A stretch of 64,000 nucleotides of DNA from an uncultured Acidimicrobiaceae bacterium (GCA_963821755.1 CAWGEX010000002.1:864717-928716); one strand, 5' to 3'; counted from the first letter of the stretch, positions 34,981 through 45,623 are shown. Translations and numbers: made by a program. Notes: a model not told the origin generated them from the sequence alone.

Positions 34981-36956
34981 GCACCACCGAGGACAAGGTC
35001 GACGGCGTCATCACCGACGAACCTTCGGTGGCCGCATCCACCGACCGGGACGTGACCCGTCAGCTCCCTGTGGCCGCCTACGTCCCCATGGGGGTGACCT
35101 CCGAATACGAGGCGCCTCGTGCGACGATCAACCCCGATACCTCGAAGTCCTGGTTGAAGCGGGCCTTCCCGATTGTGGCGTCGCACAAGGGCCCGTTCCT
35201 GATCGCCCTCATCCTCTCCTTCGTGGGATTGCTGCTCCAGGTGGCGGTGCCCCAGGTCCTCAATGACGCGTTGACCAACTCCCTCGGGAAGGTTCCGACC
35301 GTCCCGCTGCACTACTACGTCTACTGGGTGCTGGCGCTCGGAATTGTCGGTGCCATCGCCGGGTACTTCTCACGCACGTACCTGTTCAGAGTGGCCTATG
35401 CCATCGAGTTCGACCTGCGCAATTCCATCTATGAACACCTCACCCGCATGTCGTTCCCGTTCTACGACCGGGTGCAGTCGGGGCAGCTGATCTCGAGGGC
35501 CAATTCGGACATCCGCTCGGTCCAGATGTACCTGACGTTCGCTCCCATGATCCTGGTCCAGTGCTCCATCGCCGTCGTCGCCTTCTGCGTCATGCTCACC
35601 ATCAGCGTCCCGCTCGCCCTCGTCGCCATGGTGACCATGCCCTTCATCTACTGGGTCGGTGTGAGGATGCGGAACAACCTCTTCCCGGTGTCGTGGATCA
35701 TCCAGTCGCGCCTGGCCGAAGTGGCCACGGTGGTCGACGAGAACGTCAGCGGCGTGCGGGTCGTGAAGTCCTTCGCCGCCGAGGAGCAGCAGCTTCGGCA
35801 GTTGGCCGGCGCGGCGGACAAGGTGCAATGGGGCTACATCAAGGATGCCGATCTCCGGGCCCGATTCACGCCGCTGATCCAGAACCTGTCGCAGGTCGGC
35901 CTGGTCCTGGTCCTGATCTTCGGCGGCTACATGGTCATTCAGGGATCGCTGGGGGTCGGCGCCATCCTCGAGTTCAACATCTACCTCCTCATGATGCAGG
36001 CCCCGTTCATGATGCTCGGCATGCTGATCATGATGGGCCAGCGAGCCGCCGCCTCGGCCGAGCGGATCTACGAGATCCTGGACGAGCAGGCCACCATCGT
36101 CGATCGGCCTGATGCGCTCGATCTCACCGACAGCCGCGGCGACGTCCGCTTCGAGGATGTGCGCTTCGCCTACGGCTCGGACAGCCGCGTTGCCCGCTCA
36201 GTCGAAGACGGCGGCAATCCAGACGTGCTGTCCGACTTCAACCTCCACCTGCGCTCCGGCGAGACCGTGGCGCTGGTCGGGCGGACCGGCAGCGGGAAGT
36301 CCACCATCGCCCGACTGGTGGCTCGCTTCTACGACGTCAGTGACGGCACGGTCATGGTCGATGGGCACGATGTCCGCGACCTCACCCTCACCAGCCTGCG
36401 GGCCAACATCGGTGTCGTCCTCGACGAGCCGTTCCTCTTCTCGGTCTCCATCCGCGACAACATCGCCTACGGGCGTCCCGACGCCTCCGATGAGGCGATC
36501 ATGGCCGCCGCCCGCTCGGCCGGGGCCGACGGGTTCATCCAGCACCTCGCCCAGGGGTACGACACCGTGGTGGGCGAGCGTGGGTACACGCTCTCAGGTG
36601 GCCAGCGTCAGCGCATCGCCATCGCCCGGGCCCTGCTGATCAATCCGCCCATCCTGATCCTCGACGACGCCACCAGCGCCATCGACGTCAAGGTGGAACA
36701 GCAGATCCACGGGGCACTGCGGGTCCTGATGGAAGGCCGCACCACCCTCATCGTGGCCCACCGGCTCTCCACCATCAGCTTGGCCGATCGCGTCGTGCTG
36801 CTCGACGGCGGCCAGATCGTGGCCGACGGCACCCACGCCGAACTGCTGGCCTCGACGCCCTTGTACTCAGAGGTCCTGGCCCAGGCGGCCCAGGACGACG
36901 GCGCGGCGGACGGCGACATCATCGAAGACATCGACGCCGAGCTCGGAGCCCACTGA
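34977..36956 (+). CDS. ABC transporter, fused permease/ATP-binding subunit (type I exporter), subunit 1 of a likely heterodimer
   Basis: ATG 34977 overlaps the marR stop. Six TM-like helices, then an NBD: Walker A GRTGSGKST, signature LSGGQRQR, Walker B ILILDDATSA. Confidence 0.9.
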   Translation: MSTTEDKVDGVITDEPSVAASTDRDVTRQLPVAAYVPMGVTSEYEAPRATINPDTSKSWLKRAFPIVASHKGPFLIALILSFVGLLLQVAVPQVLNDALTNSLGKVPTVPLHYYVYWVLALGIVGAIAGYFSRTYLFRVAYAIEFDLRNSIYEHLTRMSFPFYDRVQSGQLISRANSDIRSVQMYLTFAPMILVQCSIAVVAFCVMLTISVPLALVAMVTMPFIYWVGVRMRNNLFPVSWIIQSRLAEVATVVDENVSGVRVVKSFAAEEQQLRQLAGAADKVQWGYIKDADLRARFTPLIQNLSQVGLVLVLIFGGYMVIQGSLGVGAILEFNIYLLMMQAPFMMLGMLIMMGQRAAASAERIYEILDEQATIVDRPDALDLTDSRGDVRFEDVRFAYGSDSRVARSVEDGGNPDVLSDFNLHLRSGETVALVGRTGSGKSTIARLVARFYDVSDGTVMVDGHDVRDLTLTSLRANIGVVLDEPFLFSVSIRDNIAYGRPDASDEAIMAAARSAGADGFIQHLAQGYDTVVGERGYTLSGGQRQRIAIARALLINPPILILDDATSAIDVKVEQQIHGALRVLMEGRTTLIVAHRLSTISLADRVVLLDGGQIVADGTHAELLASTPLYSEVLAQAAQDDGAADGDIIEDIDAELGAH

Positions 36957-38878
36957 TGGGGTTCATGGGTGGTGGTCCGGGCATGGGCGGCGGGGGCGCC
37001 GCCGGGGCGGCGCAGGCCGGACTGCCCTTCGGGGGCATCCCGCCGGAGTTGCAGGCCGGGGTCGACCTCCTGCTGGCCGAGGAGCCCGACCGCGGCGAAT
37101 CCGACATCACGTTCACGCATCAGGCGTCGGCCCACGAGAAGGAGCGGCTGAGCTTGAGGAGCCTCCTCCTCGAGTACCCCGGCATGCTGGTGCTGGCCGT
37201 CGTGCTGGTGGGGATCATCGCCGTGGCCACGCAGCTCGGCCCCAAGCTCACCGGTATCGCCATCGACGGCGGCATGGAGCCGGGCCACCACGACTTCGGC
37301 TTTGTGGTGTTGATCGGATGCCTCTACCTGCTCTCGGTCGTGGTCTCCGCCGTGGCCCAGTGGGGCCAGGTCAGGGTGACCGGCCGGCTCGCCTCCTGGG
37401 TGATGAACGACCTCAGGGTCACCATTTTCCGCCATCTGCAACGCCTCTCCCTCGACTTCTTCACCGAGGAGAAGGCGGGCGTGGTCATGAGCCGGATGAC
37501 CAGTGACATCGAGAACCTGCAGCAACTCCTCCAGGACGGTCTGGCCCAATTCGCCGTGCAGGGCCTGACCATGGTGGTGATCGCCATCTTCATGTTCACC
37601 ACCAACGTGCGGCTCGCCATCATCACCATCGTGGTGGTCATCCCCCCGCTGGTCATCATGTCCGTGTGGTTCAAGCGGGCCTCCGAGCGCGGGTACGACA
37701 AGGTCCGTGACGGCATCGCCCTGGTGCTGGCCGATCTCTCCGAGAGCCTGCAGGGTGTGCGCATCGTCACCGCCCACAACCGGCAACAGCACAACGTCGT
37801 GAACCACCGCAACGTGGTCGGTCGCTATCGCGACGCCAACAACTACACCGGGCGTCTCAACGGCATTTACGGTCCCGGCTCACAGCTCCTCGGCGTGATC
37901 GGCCAGGTCGTGATCCTGGCTGTCGGCGGCGAGATGGTGCTGCACCACCAACTCCAGGTGGGCGCGCTGGTCACCTTCTTCCTCTACGTGAACCGTTTCT
38001 TCCAGCCGATCCAGCTGCTGGTGCAGCAGTACAACTCGTACCAGCAAGGTCAGGCGTCCGTAATCAAGTTGCGCACCCTGATGGAGAACGAGCCGACCGT
38101 GTCCGAAAGTGCCGATGCGATCGAACTCCCGCCCATCCGCGGGGAGATCCGGTTCGACCACGTCTCCTTCGGGTACGACCCGGACGTCCCGGTCCTGAGT
38201 GACATCGACCTGCTCATCGAGCCCGGCGAGACGGTGGCCTTCGTGGGCGCCACCGGAGCCGGAAAGTCGACGATGGCCAAGCTGGTGACCCGCTTCTACG
38301 ACCCCACCGACGGCCGGGTCATGATCGACGGCCACGATCTGCGCACCGTGTCATTGACCTCGTTGCGCAGCCAACTCGGGGTGGTGCCCCAAGAACCGTT
38401 CCTTTTCGCCGGGACCATCCGCGACAACATCTCTTTCGCCCGGCCCGGCGCGCCCGATGACGCCGTATGGGAAGCCGTGCACACGGTGGGCCTGACCGAA
38501 TTGATCCAACAACTCCCCTACGGCCTCGATACCGCCGTGCACGAACGCGGGCAGTCGCTCTCCTCGGGGGAACGCCAACTCATCGCCCTGGCCCGGGCCT
38601 TCATGGCCCAGCCCCGGGTCCTGGTGCTGGACGAGGCCACGTCCAACCTCGACCTGCAGTCCGAAACCATGATCGAGGCGGCCCTCGACGTCCTCTTGCA
38701 GTCACGGACGGCCGTGCTGATCGCCCACCGGCTGTCGACGGCCATGCGGGCCGATCGCATCGTGGTGGTCGGCGACGGGCGGTTGCTCGAGCAGGGCTCG
38801 CACGACGAGCTGATCGCCCTGGGCGGGCACTACGCCGAGATGTACGAAACCTGGATCTCCCAGTCGCACGCCGCCTGA
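36956..38878 (+). CDS. ABC transporter, fused permease/ATP-binding subunit, subunit 2
   Basis: 640 aa. Walker A GATGAGKST, signature LSSGERQL, Walker B VLVLDEATSN. Start overlaps the stop of subunit 1. Confidence 0.9.
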   Translation: MGFMGGGPGMGGGGAAGAAQAGLPFGGIPPELQAGVDLLLAEEPDRGESDITFTHQASAHEKERLSLRSLLLEYPGMLVLAVVLVGIIAVATQLGPKLTGIAIDGGMEPGHHDFGFVVLIGCLYLLSVVVSAVAQWGQVRVTGRLASWVMNDLRVTIFRHLQRLSLDFFTEEKAGVVMSRMTSDIENLQQLLQDGLAQFAVQGLTMVVIAIFMFTTNVRLAIITIVVVIPPLVIMSVWFKRASERGYDKVRDGIALVLADLSESLQGVRIVTAHNRQQHNVVNHRNVVGRYRDANNYTGRLNGIYGPGSQLLGVIGQVVILAVGGEMVLHHQLQVGALVTFFLYVNRFFQPIQLLVQQYNSYQQGQASVIKLRTLMENEPTVSESADAIELPPIRGEIRFDHVSFGYDPDVPVLSDIDLLIEPGETVAFVGATGAGKSTMAKLVTRFYDPTDGRVMIDGHDLRTVSLTSLRSQLGVVPQEPFLFAGTIRDNISFARPGAPDDAVWEAVHTVGLTELIQQLPYGLDTAVHERGQSLSSGERQLIALARAFMAQPRVLVLDEATSNLDLQSETMIEAALDVLLQSRTAVLIAHRLSTAMRADRIVVVGDGRLLEQGSHDELIALGGHYAEMYETWISQSHAA

Positions 38879-38942
38879 CCGGCGGCTGACCGGCGCCTGC
38901 CAAGTCCGCTCCCACTGCGGTCCGGCAACGACACGTCTGACG

Positions 38943-39708
38943 TCATGGGATGCCGGTGGCCCGGCTCCACTCCGCCAAGGTGCCGCGGTACCGTACGTCC
39001 CATTCGTCGTAGGCGACTCGTAGCTGGCGGCCCGGCCACCGGGGTGGCTGCAACTCTTCGGGGAGCAGCGGGTCGGCCTGCAGGTGGCGCAGTACCGCGG
39101 CGGAGAGGGCGAACCCCGGTGCCAGCACCTCGGGCCCGACCGGTGGGAGGGCCTGCAGCCGGTCCAACAGGGCGAAGGAACGCGTCGACCATTCCTCCAG
39201 CTCCCACAACCGCGCCGCCAACCGCCGGGCGTCGGAGGGTCGGGCCGACATGAACTCGACATCACCATCGAGCCCGGGGATGGTCGAGAGAGGACCGGCC
39301 AGGTTGTCGGGGCGCATCCAGACGCCCTCACGCAGCTCGGCCAGCCGGGCGTAGGCGAGGGCGCGACGACGCTCCGACCGCACGTCGGCCGTGCTGCCCG
39401 ACGTCGTGACCACGGCCAACCGCCACTGCCCGGCGTAGTCCGTCGTCACGCCCTGATCGGCTGGCCGACTGGCGTGACCGGCGAGCCATCAGGTGCCCGG
39501 CCAATCGATAGCGCCCCGATCCGTCCGTGGTCGCCTCGCCGCCGGCCACCATGCGGCTCAGAGCCACCCGGGCCCGGTTCTCGCTGATCCCGAACAGGCC
39601 GGTCAGGCGTACCAATTGGGCCACCGGCAGCTCGGGGGGATCCATGCCCAGCAGGGCGCTGGCCAGGACCGAACGGGCCGTGAATGGTGTATTACTCTCT
39701 TGCGTCAC
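38943..39708 (-). pseudogene. PaaX-family transcriptional regulator interrupted by a 1-nt frame change
   Basis: ORF 39328..39708 holds the N-terminal wHTH (ARSVLASALLGMDPPELPVAQLVRLTGLFGISENRARVALSRMVAGGE...GRYRLAGHLMARRSRQSA). ORF 38943..39449 is the PaaX C-domain (DYAGQWRLAVVTT...GVWMRPDNL...) in another frame. The junction is at about 39440-39470. Confidence 0.7.
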
Positions 39709-39728
39709 TTGGCTTAATACTGTAATAT
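39700..39728 (+). promoter_or_regulatory. sigma-70-type promoter for a leaderless desaturase mRNA (-35 TTGCGT, 17-nt spacer, -10 TAATAT)
   Basis: The -10 ends 6 nt before the ATG at 39735 and there is no SD. An AT-rich 26-nt gap lies between divergent genes. On the other strand a TATTAA hexamer sits 5 nt before the paaX-like GTG. Confidence 0.4.
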
Positions 39729-39734
39729 AGAGGC

Positions 39735-40691
39735 ATGGCCACCACCATGGTGCCCGAACTGAGCGCCCGACCCGATGTCCTCCCCAGCGACCGATTGCTG
39801 GCCAACGGGATGGCCATCCCCGACATCCGGCCGTCCTTGCGTCGTATCGACAACGTCCGCAACGCCATCACCGTGGTGTCGGTGTGGTTCTACGTGGTGC
39901 TCCTGGTGGGCGGGGCGGTGTGGCTCGACCGCTGGTGGAGCTACCTGATCGCCTTCGCGCTCATGGGACCGATGTATGCCCGCTTCGCCATCTTGATGCA
40001 CGAGTCGGCTCACAAGCTCCTCTTCACCAACAAGCGGTGGAACGATTGGATCGGCACCTGGATCATCGCCTACCCCGTGTTCACTCCCGTGCAGTTGTAC
40101 CGCCGCGTCCACTTCGCCCACCACCGGGACGAGTTCGGGCCCGACGAACCCGACATGGCCTTCTACGGCCCGTACCCCTGCACCAAGGCCGCGCTGCGAC
40201 GACGCCTCTTCCGCGACGCGGTCGGCATTTCGGGCTGGAAGAACTTCGTCCCGCTCGTCAAGGGCCTCAGGAACAAACCCTTCCGGCCTATCGGGCTCTC
40301 GATCTTCGGTGTCCAAGCGGTGCTGTGGGCCGTGTCCTGGATGGCCACCGGACGGTGGTGGATCTACCCGCTGCTGTGGTGGCTCCCGTGGATGACGCAG
40401 TGGCGGGTCCTCAACCGTTTGCGCTCCATCGCCGAACACGGGGGCCTCGAGCGGAGCAAGGATCGCCGTGCCACCACCCACAACGTGCACCAATCGCTGC
40501 TGGCCCGTTTCTGGTTTGTGCCCTACAACACCGGATGGCACCTGGCCCACCACGTCGACATGGGCGTGCCCTGGCGCAATCTGCCCGCCTACCACGCCGA
40601 GTTGGCGCGGGCCGGGTACGTCACCGATGCCATCACCTACCCGAACTACCGCGCCCTGTGGAAGGCGCTCTCGAGCGCCGAGACTCCCTAA
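39735..40691 (+). CDS. membrane fatty-acid desaturase-family protein
   Basis: 318 aa. His boxes HESAHK, HFAHHRDE and LAHHVDMG. Hydrophobic N-terminal helices. Confidence 0.85.
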   Translation: MATTMVPELSARPDVLPSDRLLANGMAIPDIRPSLRRIDNVRNAITVVSVWFYVVLLVGGAVWLDRWWSYLIAFALMGPMYARFAILMHESAHKLLFTNKRWNDWIGTWIIAYPVFTPVQLYRRVHFAHHRDEFGPDEPDMAFYGPYPCTKAALRRRLFRDAVGISGWKNFVPLVKGLRNKPFRPIGLSIFGVQAVLWAVSWMATGRWWIYPLLWWLPWMTQWRVLNRLRSIAEHGGLERSKDRRATTHNVHQSLLARFWFVPYNTGWHLAHHVDMGVPWRNLPAYHAELARAGYVTDAITYPNYRALWKALSSAETP

Positions 40692-40696
40692 TCGAT

Positions 40697-41635
40697 CTAG
40701 TCGATCCCGAGCGCCCGGCGCAGCACCGCCGTGCTTTCCTTCTGGGAGCGCTTGGAGACGGCGGCCGACAGCACCAGTGCCGAACCATGGAACGTGCCGG
40801 GGAACTGGTGGATCTCCACCGACACCCCCGCCTGGAGCAGACGGAGACCGTAGAGGATGCCTTCGTCGCGCAAGGGGTCCATCTCCGCCGTCGAGATGTA
40901 GGTCGGAGGAAGACCGGACAGGTCGGTGGCGCGGGCCGGAGCGGCGTACGGCGACACGTGGTCGGGGTCCGACCCCGGACCCAGGTAGGCCTTCCAGCTC
41001 TGCACCGCCAACGGTCGATTCCACAGCGGGGAGTCGGTGAAGGCCTGCATGGACGGCGTCTCGAGGCGGTCGTCGAGCTCGGGGATGTGCAGCATCTGGA
41101 AGCAGACCGGGGGACCTCCCCGATCACGGGCCAGCAGCGCCGTGGCCGCCGCCAGCCCTCCCCCGGCGCTGGCCCCGCACAGCGCCAGTCGATCGGGATC
41201 GACACCCAACTCCCCGGCGTGCTGGTACAGGTACGTCAAGGCGGCGTAGCAGTCGTGCAGACCGGCGGGGAACGGGTGCTCGGGCGCCAGCCGGTATTCG
41301 ACCGATACCACCACGGCCCCGGTGGCGACCGCCGTCAGGGCCGAGCCGGCATGCTCCGCCTCGACGCTGCCGATGACGAACCCGCCGCCGTGGATCGTCA
41401 CGATGCCCGGAACCGGCCCGGCCCGCTCCTTGGGCACGTAGAGCCGCACGCCGACCTCGGGGTCGCCCTCCCAGCCCGGAACCATGATGTCCTCGATGTC
41501 GAGCGCCCCGAGCCCGGGAATCTCCACTCGCATGGCCGCCAGGGTCTCCTCGAACGCGGCCCGCGCCGCCACCGCGTCACTGAGATCGATCTTCGGCAGG
41601 AATTCCAGCAACGCCGACAATTCAGGGTCGATCAT
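40697..41635 (-). CDS. alpha/beta hydrolase, HSL-type esterase/lipase
   Basis: 312 aa. Oxyanion motif HGGGFVIGS and nucleophile elbow GASAGGGLA. Confidence 0.88.
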   Translation of the reverse strand: MIDPELSALLEFLPKIDLSDAVAARAAFEETLAAMRVEIPGLGALDIEDIMVPGWEGDPEVGVRLYVPKERAGPVPGIVTIHGGGFVIGSVEAEHAGSALTAVATGAVVVSVEYRLAPEHPFPAGLHDCYAALTYLYQHAGELGVDPDRLALCGASAGGGLAAATALLARDRGGPPVCFQMLHIPELDDRLETPSMQAFTDSPLWNRPLAVQSWKAYLGPGSDPDHVSPYAAPARATDLSGLPPTYISTAEMDPLRDEGILYGLRLLQAGVSVEIHQFPGTFHGSALVLSAAVSKRSQKESTAVLRRALGID

Positions 41636-41673
41636 GCGTGCCCCACTCCCCTGTTCATCGTCTCCTCGTCGAA

Positions 41674-42456
41674 CTATTTGGGCTGCATCCGGATGCCGGC
41701 GTCGAGGCGGATCGACTCGGCGTTCATGTACGAGTTGCCGAGCAGCTCCACCGCCAGGGAGGCGAACTCGGTGGCGTACCCGAGGCGGTGGGGGAACAGC
41801 ACGTCCTGGGCCAGCTTGGCCTTGAACGCCTCGGCTCCCTCGCCCGCTCCGTAGATCGGCGTGTCGATCAACCCCGGGAGGATGGTGTTGACCCGGATCC
41901 CGACCACGGCCAGGTCGCGGGCCACCGGCAGGGTGAGGCCCACGATGCCGCCCTTGGAGGACGAGTAGGCGGCCTGTCCGATCTGGCCGTCCTCGGCCGC
42001 CACCGACGCCGTGTTCACGATGGCGCCGCGGGCGCCGTCCGCGTCGGGCTCGTTGAGGCTCATCTTGGTGGCGGCCAGGCGGATGCAGTTGAAGGTGCCG
42101 ATGAGGTTGATCTCGAGCACCCGTCGGTAGAGGTCGAGGTCATGGGCCGAGGCGTAGTCGCCGTCCTTGCCGATGGTGCGGGTCGCCCACCCGGTGCCGG
42201 CGCAGTTGACCAGGGACTTCAACGGCGACATCTCCCTGGCCGCCTCCACGGCCGCGATCACGTTCTCGGTGTTGGTGACGTCGGTCGGGGCGAAGAGGCC
42301 GCCGATCTCCTTGGCCAGTTCGGTTCCCTTGTCCTCCTGCACCTGCAGGTCGGCCACGACGACACGAACGCCCCGGTCGGCCAACAGGCGGCAGGTGGCG
42401 GCGCCCAATCCCGAAGCCCCTCCGGTGACAACTGCAGACGTGCCGTTCAGATCCAT
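41674..42456 (-). CDS. SDR-family 3-hydroxyacyl-CoA dehydrogenase-like oxidoreductase
   Basis: Start at MDLNGTSAVVTGGASGLGAA (ATG 42456, AAGGAG upstream) within ORF 41674..42624. YSSSKGGIVGLTLPVARDL (YxxxK). Confidence 0.85.
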   Translation of the reverse strand: MDLNGTSAVVTGGASGLGAATCRLLADRGVRVVVADLQVQEDKGTELAKEIGGLFAPTDVTNTENVIAAVEAAREMSPLKSLVNCAGTGWATRTIGKDGDYASAHDLDLYRRVLEINLIGTFNCIRLAATKMSLNEPDADGARGAIVNTASVAAEDGQIGQAAYSSSKGGIVGLTLPVARDLAVVGIRVNTILPGLIDTPIYGAGEGAEAFKAKLAQDVLFPHRLGYATEFASLAVELLGNSYMNAESIRLDAGIRMQPK

Positions 42457-42551
42457 CAGTTCTCCAACTCCTTCACGGGGCGCGGGATGCGCCGCGGGAG
42501 ACATTAGGGCGCGCCTCCGCCCGCTGCCATGTGGGGGCACCGGGCGCCGGG

Positions 42552-44273
42552 CTACATCTGGTCGGGTGCCTCCATCCCCAGCAGGGAGAAACCCTGAGCC
42601 AGCACGCGCGCCGTCAGGTCGCACAGGGCCAGGCGGGACGTGCGGGTCTCCTCGTGATCGACCAGCACCCGGCAGGCCTCGTAGAAGGTGGTGAACGTGG
42701 TCGCCAGCGCAAAGAGATACGTGCAGAGCTTGGCCGGGCTGTACGCCTCGGCCGTGGCGTCGACGGCCGCCGCGAATTCGAGCAGCTGCAACGCCAGGGC
42801 GCGCTCTTGAGGCTCGCTCACTCCAGGGCGCGTGCCCGGCGCCGGAGGTCCGACTTCGCCTCGCCGGAAGATCGACCTGATGCGCGCGTGGGCGTACTGC
42901 AGGTACGGTCCGGTGTCACCCTCGAAGGCCAGCATGCGATCCCAGTCGAAGACGTAGTCGCGCATCCTCTCGGTGGACAGGTCGGCGTACTTGACGGCCC
43001 CGATGCCCAGGGACCGGGCCACCGCGGCCCGGTCGGCCTCGCTGAGATCGCTGGGTCGGGAGGCCAGCGCGGCGGTGGCGCGATCCACCGCTTCGTTCAG
43101 CAGGTCGATCAGCCGCTCGGATCCGCCCGTACGGCTGGCCAGTTTCTTGCCGTCCGTGCCGAGGATGAGCCCGAACCCCACATGCACCGCCGTCGATGGT
43201 GCGGGGAGGTAGCCGGCCAGGCCCGCCACGGCGAAGACCAACCGGAAATGCAGCGACTGCTCCGCCCCGACGACGTAGATGAGCGTCGTGGCTTCACGCC
43301 GCAATGTGCGGTCCCGGATGCAGGCCAGATCGGTGGCCGGGTAGCCGTAGCCGCCGTCCGACTTGCGCACGATCAAGGGGAGCGGGTCCCCGTTGCGGTT
43401 CTGGAAGCCCGGGGGGAACACGCACTGCGCACCATCGTGTTTGACCAGCAGCCCCCGGGCCGCCAATTCATCCACCACCACCGGGAGCAGGGGGTTGTAG
43501 AAACTCTCGCCGACGATGTCGTCGTCGGTCAGCAGGACGCCGAGCAACTCGTAGACCTCGTCGTTGTGGCGGATGCTCTCCGCCACGAAGATCCTCCACA
43601 GGCGCATCGTCTCGGGGTCACCGTTCTGGAGGAGGACCACCCGCTGGCGGCAGCGCTCGGCGAAGGCGGGGTCGCGGTCGAAGGTCCGGCGGGCCTGGGC
43701 GTAGAAATCATTGAGGTCGCGCAGGCTGAATGACTCGGCGTCGTCGGACCCGCCCACGTCGATCAGCTGCTCGATCAGCATGCCGAACGGCGTCCCCCAG
43801 TCCCCGATGTGGTTCTCCCGCAGCACCCGGTGCCCCAGGAACCCCAACACCCGGGCCAGTGAGTCGCCGATGACAGTGGTGCGCAGGTTCCCGACGTGCA
43901 TCTCCTTGGCCACGTTGGGCGAGGAGTAGTCGATCACCATGGTCTGTGGAAGGGAGGTGAGCGGCACCCCCAAGCGGTCGTCGGCGCCCATGGCGGCCAA
44001 CTGGTCGGACACGAACCCGTCGGCCAGCGTCAGGTTGATGAATCCGGGCCCGCTGATCTCGACGGCGGAGCAGACGTCGTCGAGCACGGCCGCGGCGACC
44101 ACTTCCTCGGCGACGTCTCGCGGGGCCCGGCCCACCTGCTTGGACAGGGCCAGGGCACCGTTGGCCTGGAAGTCGGCCCGTTCCGAGGCCCGCAACACAG
44201 GATCGGCACCCGGCGCCACGGTATCGAAGGCGGCCTGGAGCCGCTGGAGGAGGACGCTGTAGGCGTCAGGCAT
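42552..44273 (-). CDS. argS: arginine--tRNA ligase
   Basis: 573 aa. SSPNVAKEMHVGNLRTTVIGDS (HIGH-type motif) and a C-terminal DALR anticodon-binding pattern ending ...LLGMEAPDQM. Confidence 0.95.
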   Translation of the reverse strand: MPDAYSVLLQRLQAAFDTVAPGADPVLRASERADFQANGALALSKQVGRAPRDVAEEVVAAAVLDDVCSAVEISGPGFINLTLADGFVSDQLAAMGADDRLGVPLTSLPQTMVIDYSSPNVAKEMHVGNLRTTVIGDSLARVLGFLGHRVLRENHIGDWGTPFGMLIEQLIDVGGSDDAESFSLRDLNDFYAQARRTFDRDPAFAERCRQRVVLLQNGDPETMRLWRIFVAESIRHNDEVYELLGVLLTDDDIVGESFYNPLLPVVVDELAARGLLVKHDGAQCVFPPGFQNRNGDPLPLIVRKSDGGYGYPATDLACIRDRTLRREATTLIYVVGAEQSLHFRLVFAVAGLAGYLPAPSTAVHVGFGLILGTDGKKLASRTGGSERLIDLLNEAVDRATAALASRPSDLSEADRAAVARSLGIGAVKYADLSTERMRDYVFDWDRMLAFEGDTGPYLQYAHARIRSIFRRGEVGPPAPGTRPGVSEPQERALALQLLEFAAAVDATAEAYSPAKLCTYLFALATTFTTFYEACRVLVDHEETRTSRLALCDLTARVLAQGFSLLGMEAPDQM

Positions 44274-44343
44274 CTCCTATTGTCGCATCCCGTTCGGGTA
44301 CCCGTTCGCCGGACCGGCGGATCTCGGTCCGGGCCGGGGCACC

Positions 44344-45447
44344 TCAGTCGGCCGGCGCACCGACCCCGCCGTCGGTCAACCCGTAGCGGTGGTACGGGCC
44401 GAAGAATCCGTGCTCGAGGAGCCCGAAGCCCACCACGTCGCCGTAGCTGAACCGGGCCACGTGATCGACGATCCCGTACTGGGCCAGTCCCTTGACCTCG
44501 TCGACCTTGAGGACCAGGCCCTGGACCACCTCGTCGGGGCCCTGGTACATCCCGTGGCGCCAGTCGGCGTCGATCCCGTACCCGGTCCCGATGGAGATGA
44601 AGTTGGGCAGGAGTGAGGTGCAGGTGATCTCCAGGCCGGCGTCGGGGAACCGGACCGTGGAACGGTCGATGACCCGGGTCCCCGGAATGAGGTGGTGCTC
44701 GTGCTCGGAGCGACCGAGATCCTCCACCTCCCGTCCCGGGTCGGCCCAGATCCGCTCGCCCTGCACCAGGGGTCGTTGGCCGTCGTCGCGCTCATGGCAG
44801 ATGTACATGATGGCGTGGTCCTCGAACTGCATCGGGAAGTAGTTCCACATCCCGCTCAGGACCAACTCCCCCTGACGGATGCCGCCCGGCTCCGGCTCGC
44901 CCACCGGCCTGATGCCCCAGGAGCGATCCCGGTTTCCCCAGTGGTAGTCCGGGGTGATGGCGATGTCCTTCCCGCCCACCGAGAGGGTGCCCGACCAGGT
45001 GCCCGTCTGGGCCAGTCGCTGGGTGTCGAAGATGACCTTTCCCTTGCTCCGTAGGTACTGGCGCGGTTCGGCGACGGCGGGGGTGTGTCCTTCCCACGTC
45101 ACGTCCATGGCCACGCTGTGCGCGGTGGGCTCGACCACCACCCGTATGCGGTGCAGCGGCTCCAGCACCTCGATGCGGAAGGGCCCGACCGACAGATCGC
45201 TGCGGTCGGTCAGCGGCTTCGACGCCCGCACGACGTGTTGCTCCTCCCCTCGGCGCACGTCGATGAAGGCGTCGACCACGCCCAGATTCGGGTACTGGCC
45301 GAAGCCGAAAATGGCGAACCACTCGTCCGATTTGGCGTGCATGTTGAAGTAGTAGCGATCGTAGAAGTTGCGATCGCTCGTACCGGCGTGCGCGATGAAC
45401 TCCGGTGCCTGGTGCACCGGGAAATCGTCCCAGGACGTCAGTGACAC
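44344..45447 (-). CDS. conserved hypothetical protein (family not recognised)
   Basis: GTG 45447, preceded by AAGGAGG, within ORF 44344..45609. 367 aa with good codon bias. [36 protein letters not shown].... Confidence 0.6.
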   Translation of the reverse strand: MSLTSWDDFPVHQAPEFIAHAGTSDRNFYDRYYFNMHAKSDEWFAIFGFGQYPNLGVVDAFIDVRRGEEQHVVRASKPLTDRSDLSVGPFRIEVLEPLHRIRVVVEPTAHSVAMDVTWEGHTPAVAEPRQYLRSKGKVIFDTQRLAQTGTWSGTLSVGGKDIAITPDYHWGNRDRSWGIRPVGEPEPGGIRQGELVLSGMWNYFPMQFEDHAIMYICHERDDGQRPLVQGERIWADPGREVEDLGRSEHEHHLIPGTRVIDRSTVRFPDAGLEITCTSLLPNFISIGTGYGIDADWRHGMYQGPDEVVQGLVLKVDEVKGLAQYGIVDHVARFSYGDVVGFGLLEHGFFGPYHRYGLTDGGVGAPAD

Positions 45448-45623
45448 AGCCCCTCCTTCTCGAGGTCTCGCTTGGTTTCGGACGTACAGACCCTCGATCG
45501 GACTCGACGGCGGGCGCAGCCTATGCGCCCCCAACCCTCGCCGGCGGCGGCGGCGGACGCCCGGTGGCCGACGGCACCACGGTCGATGGGCGCCGTCGGC
45601 CGGCGGCACGGCAGAATGGATCC

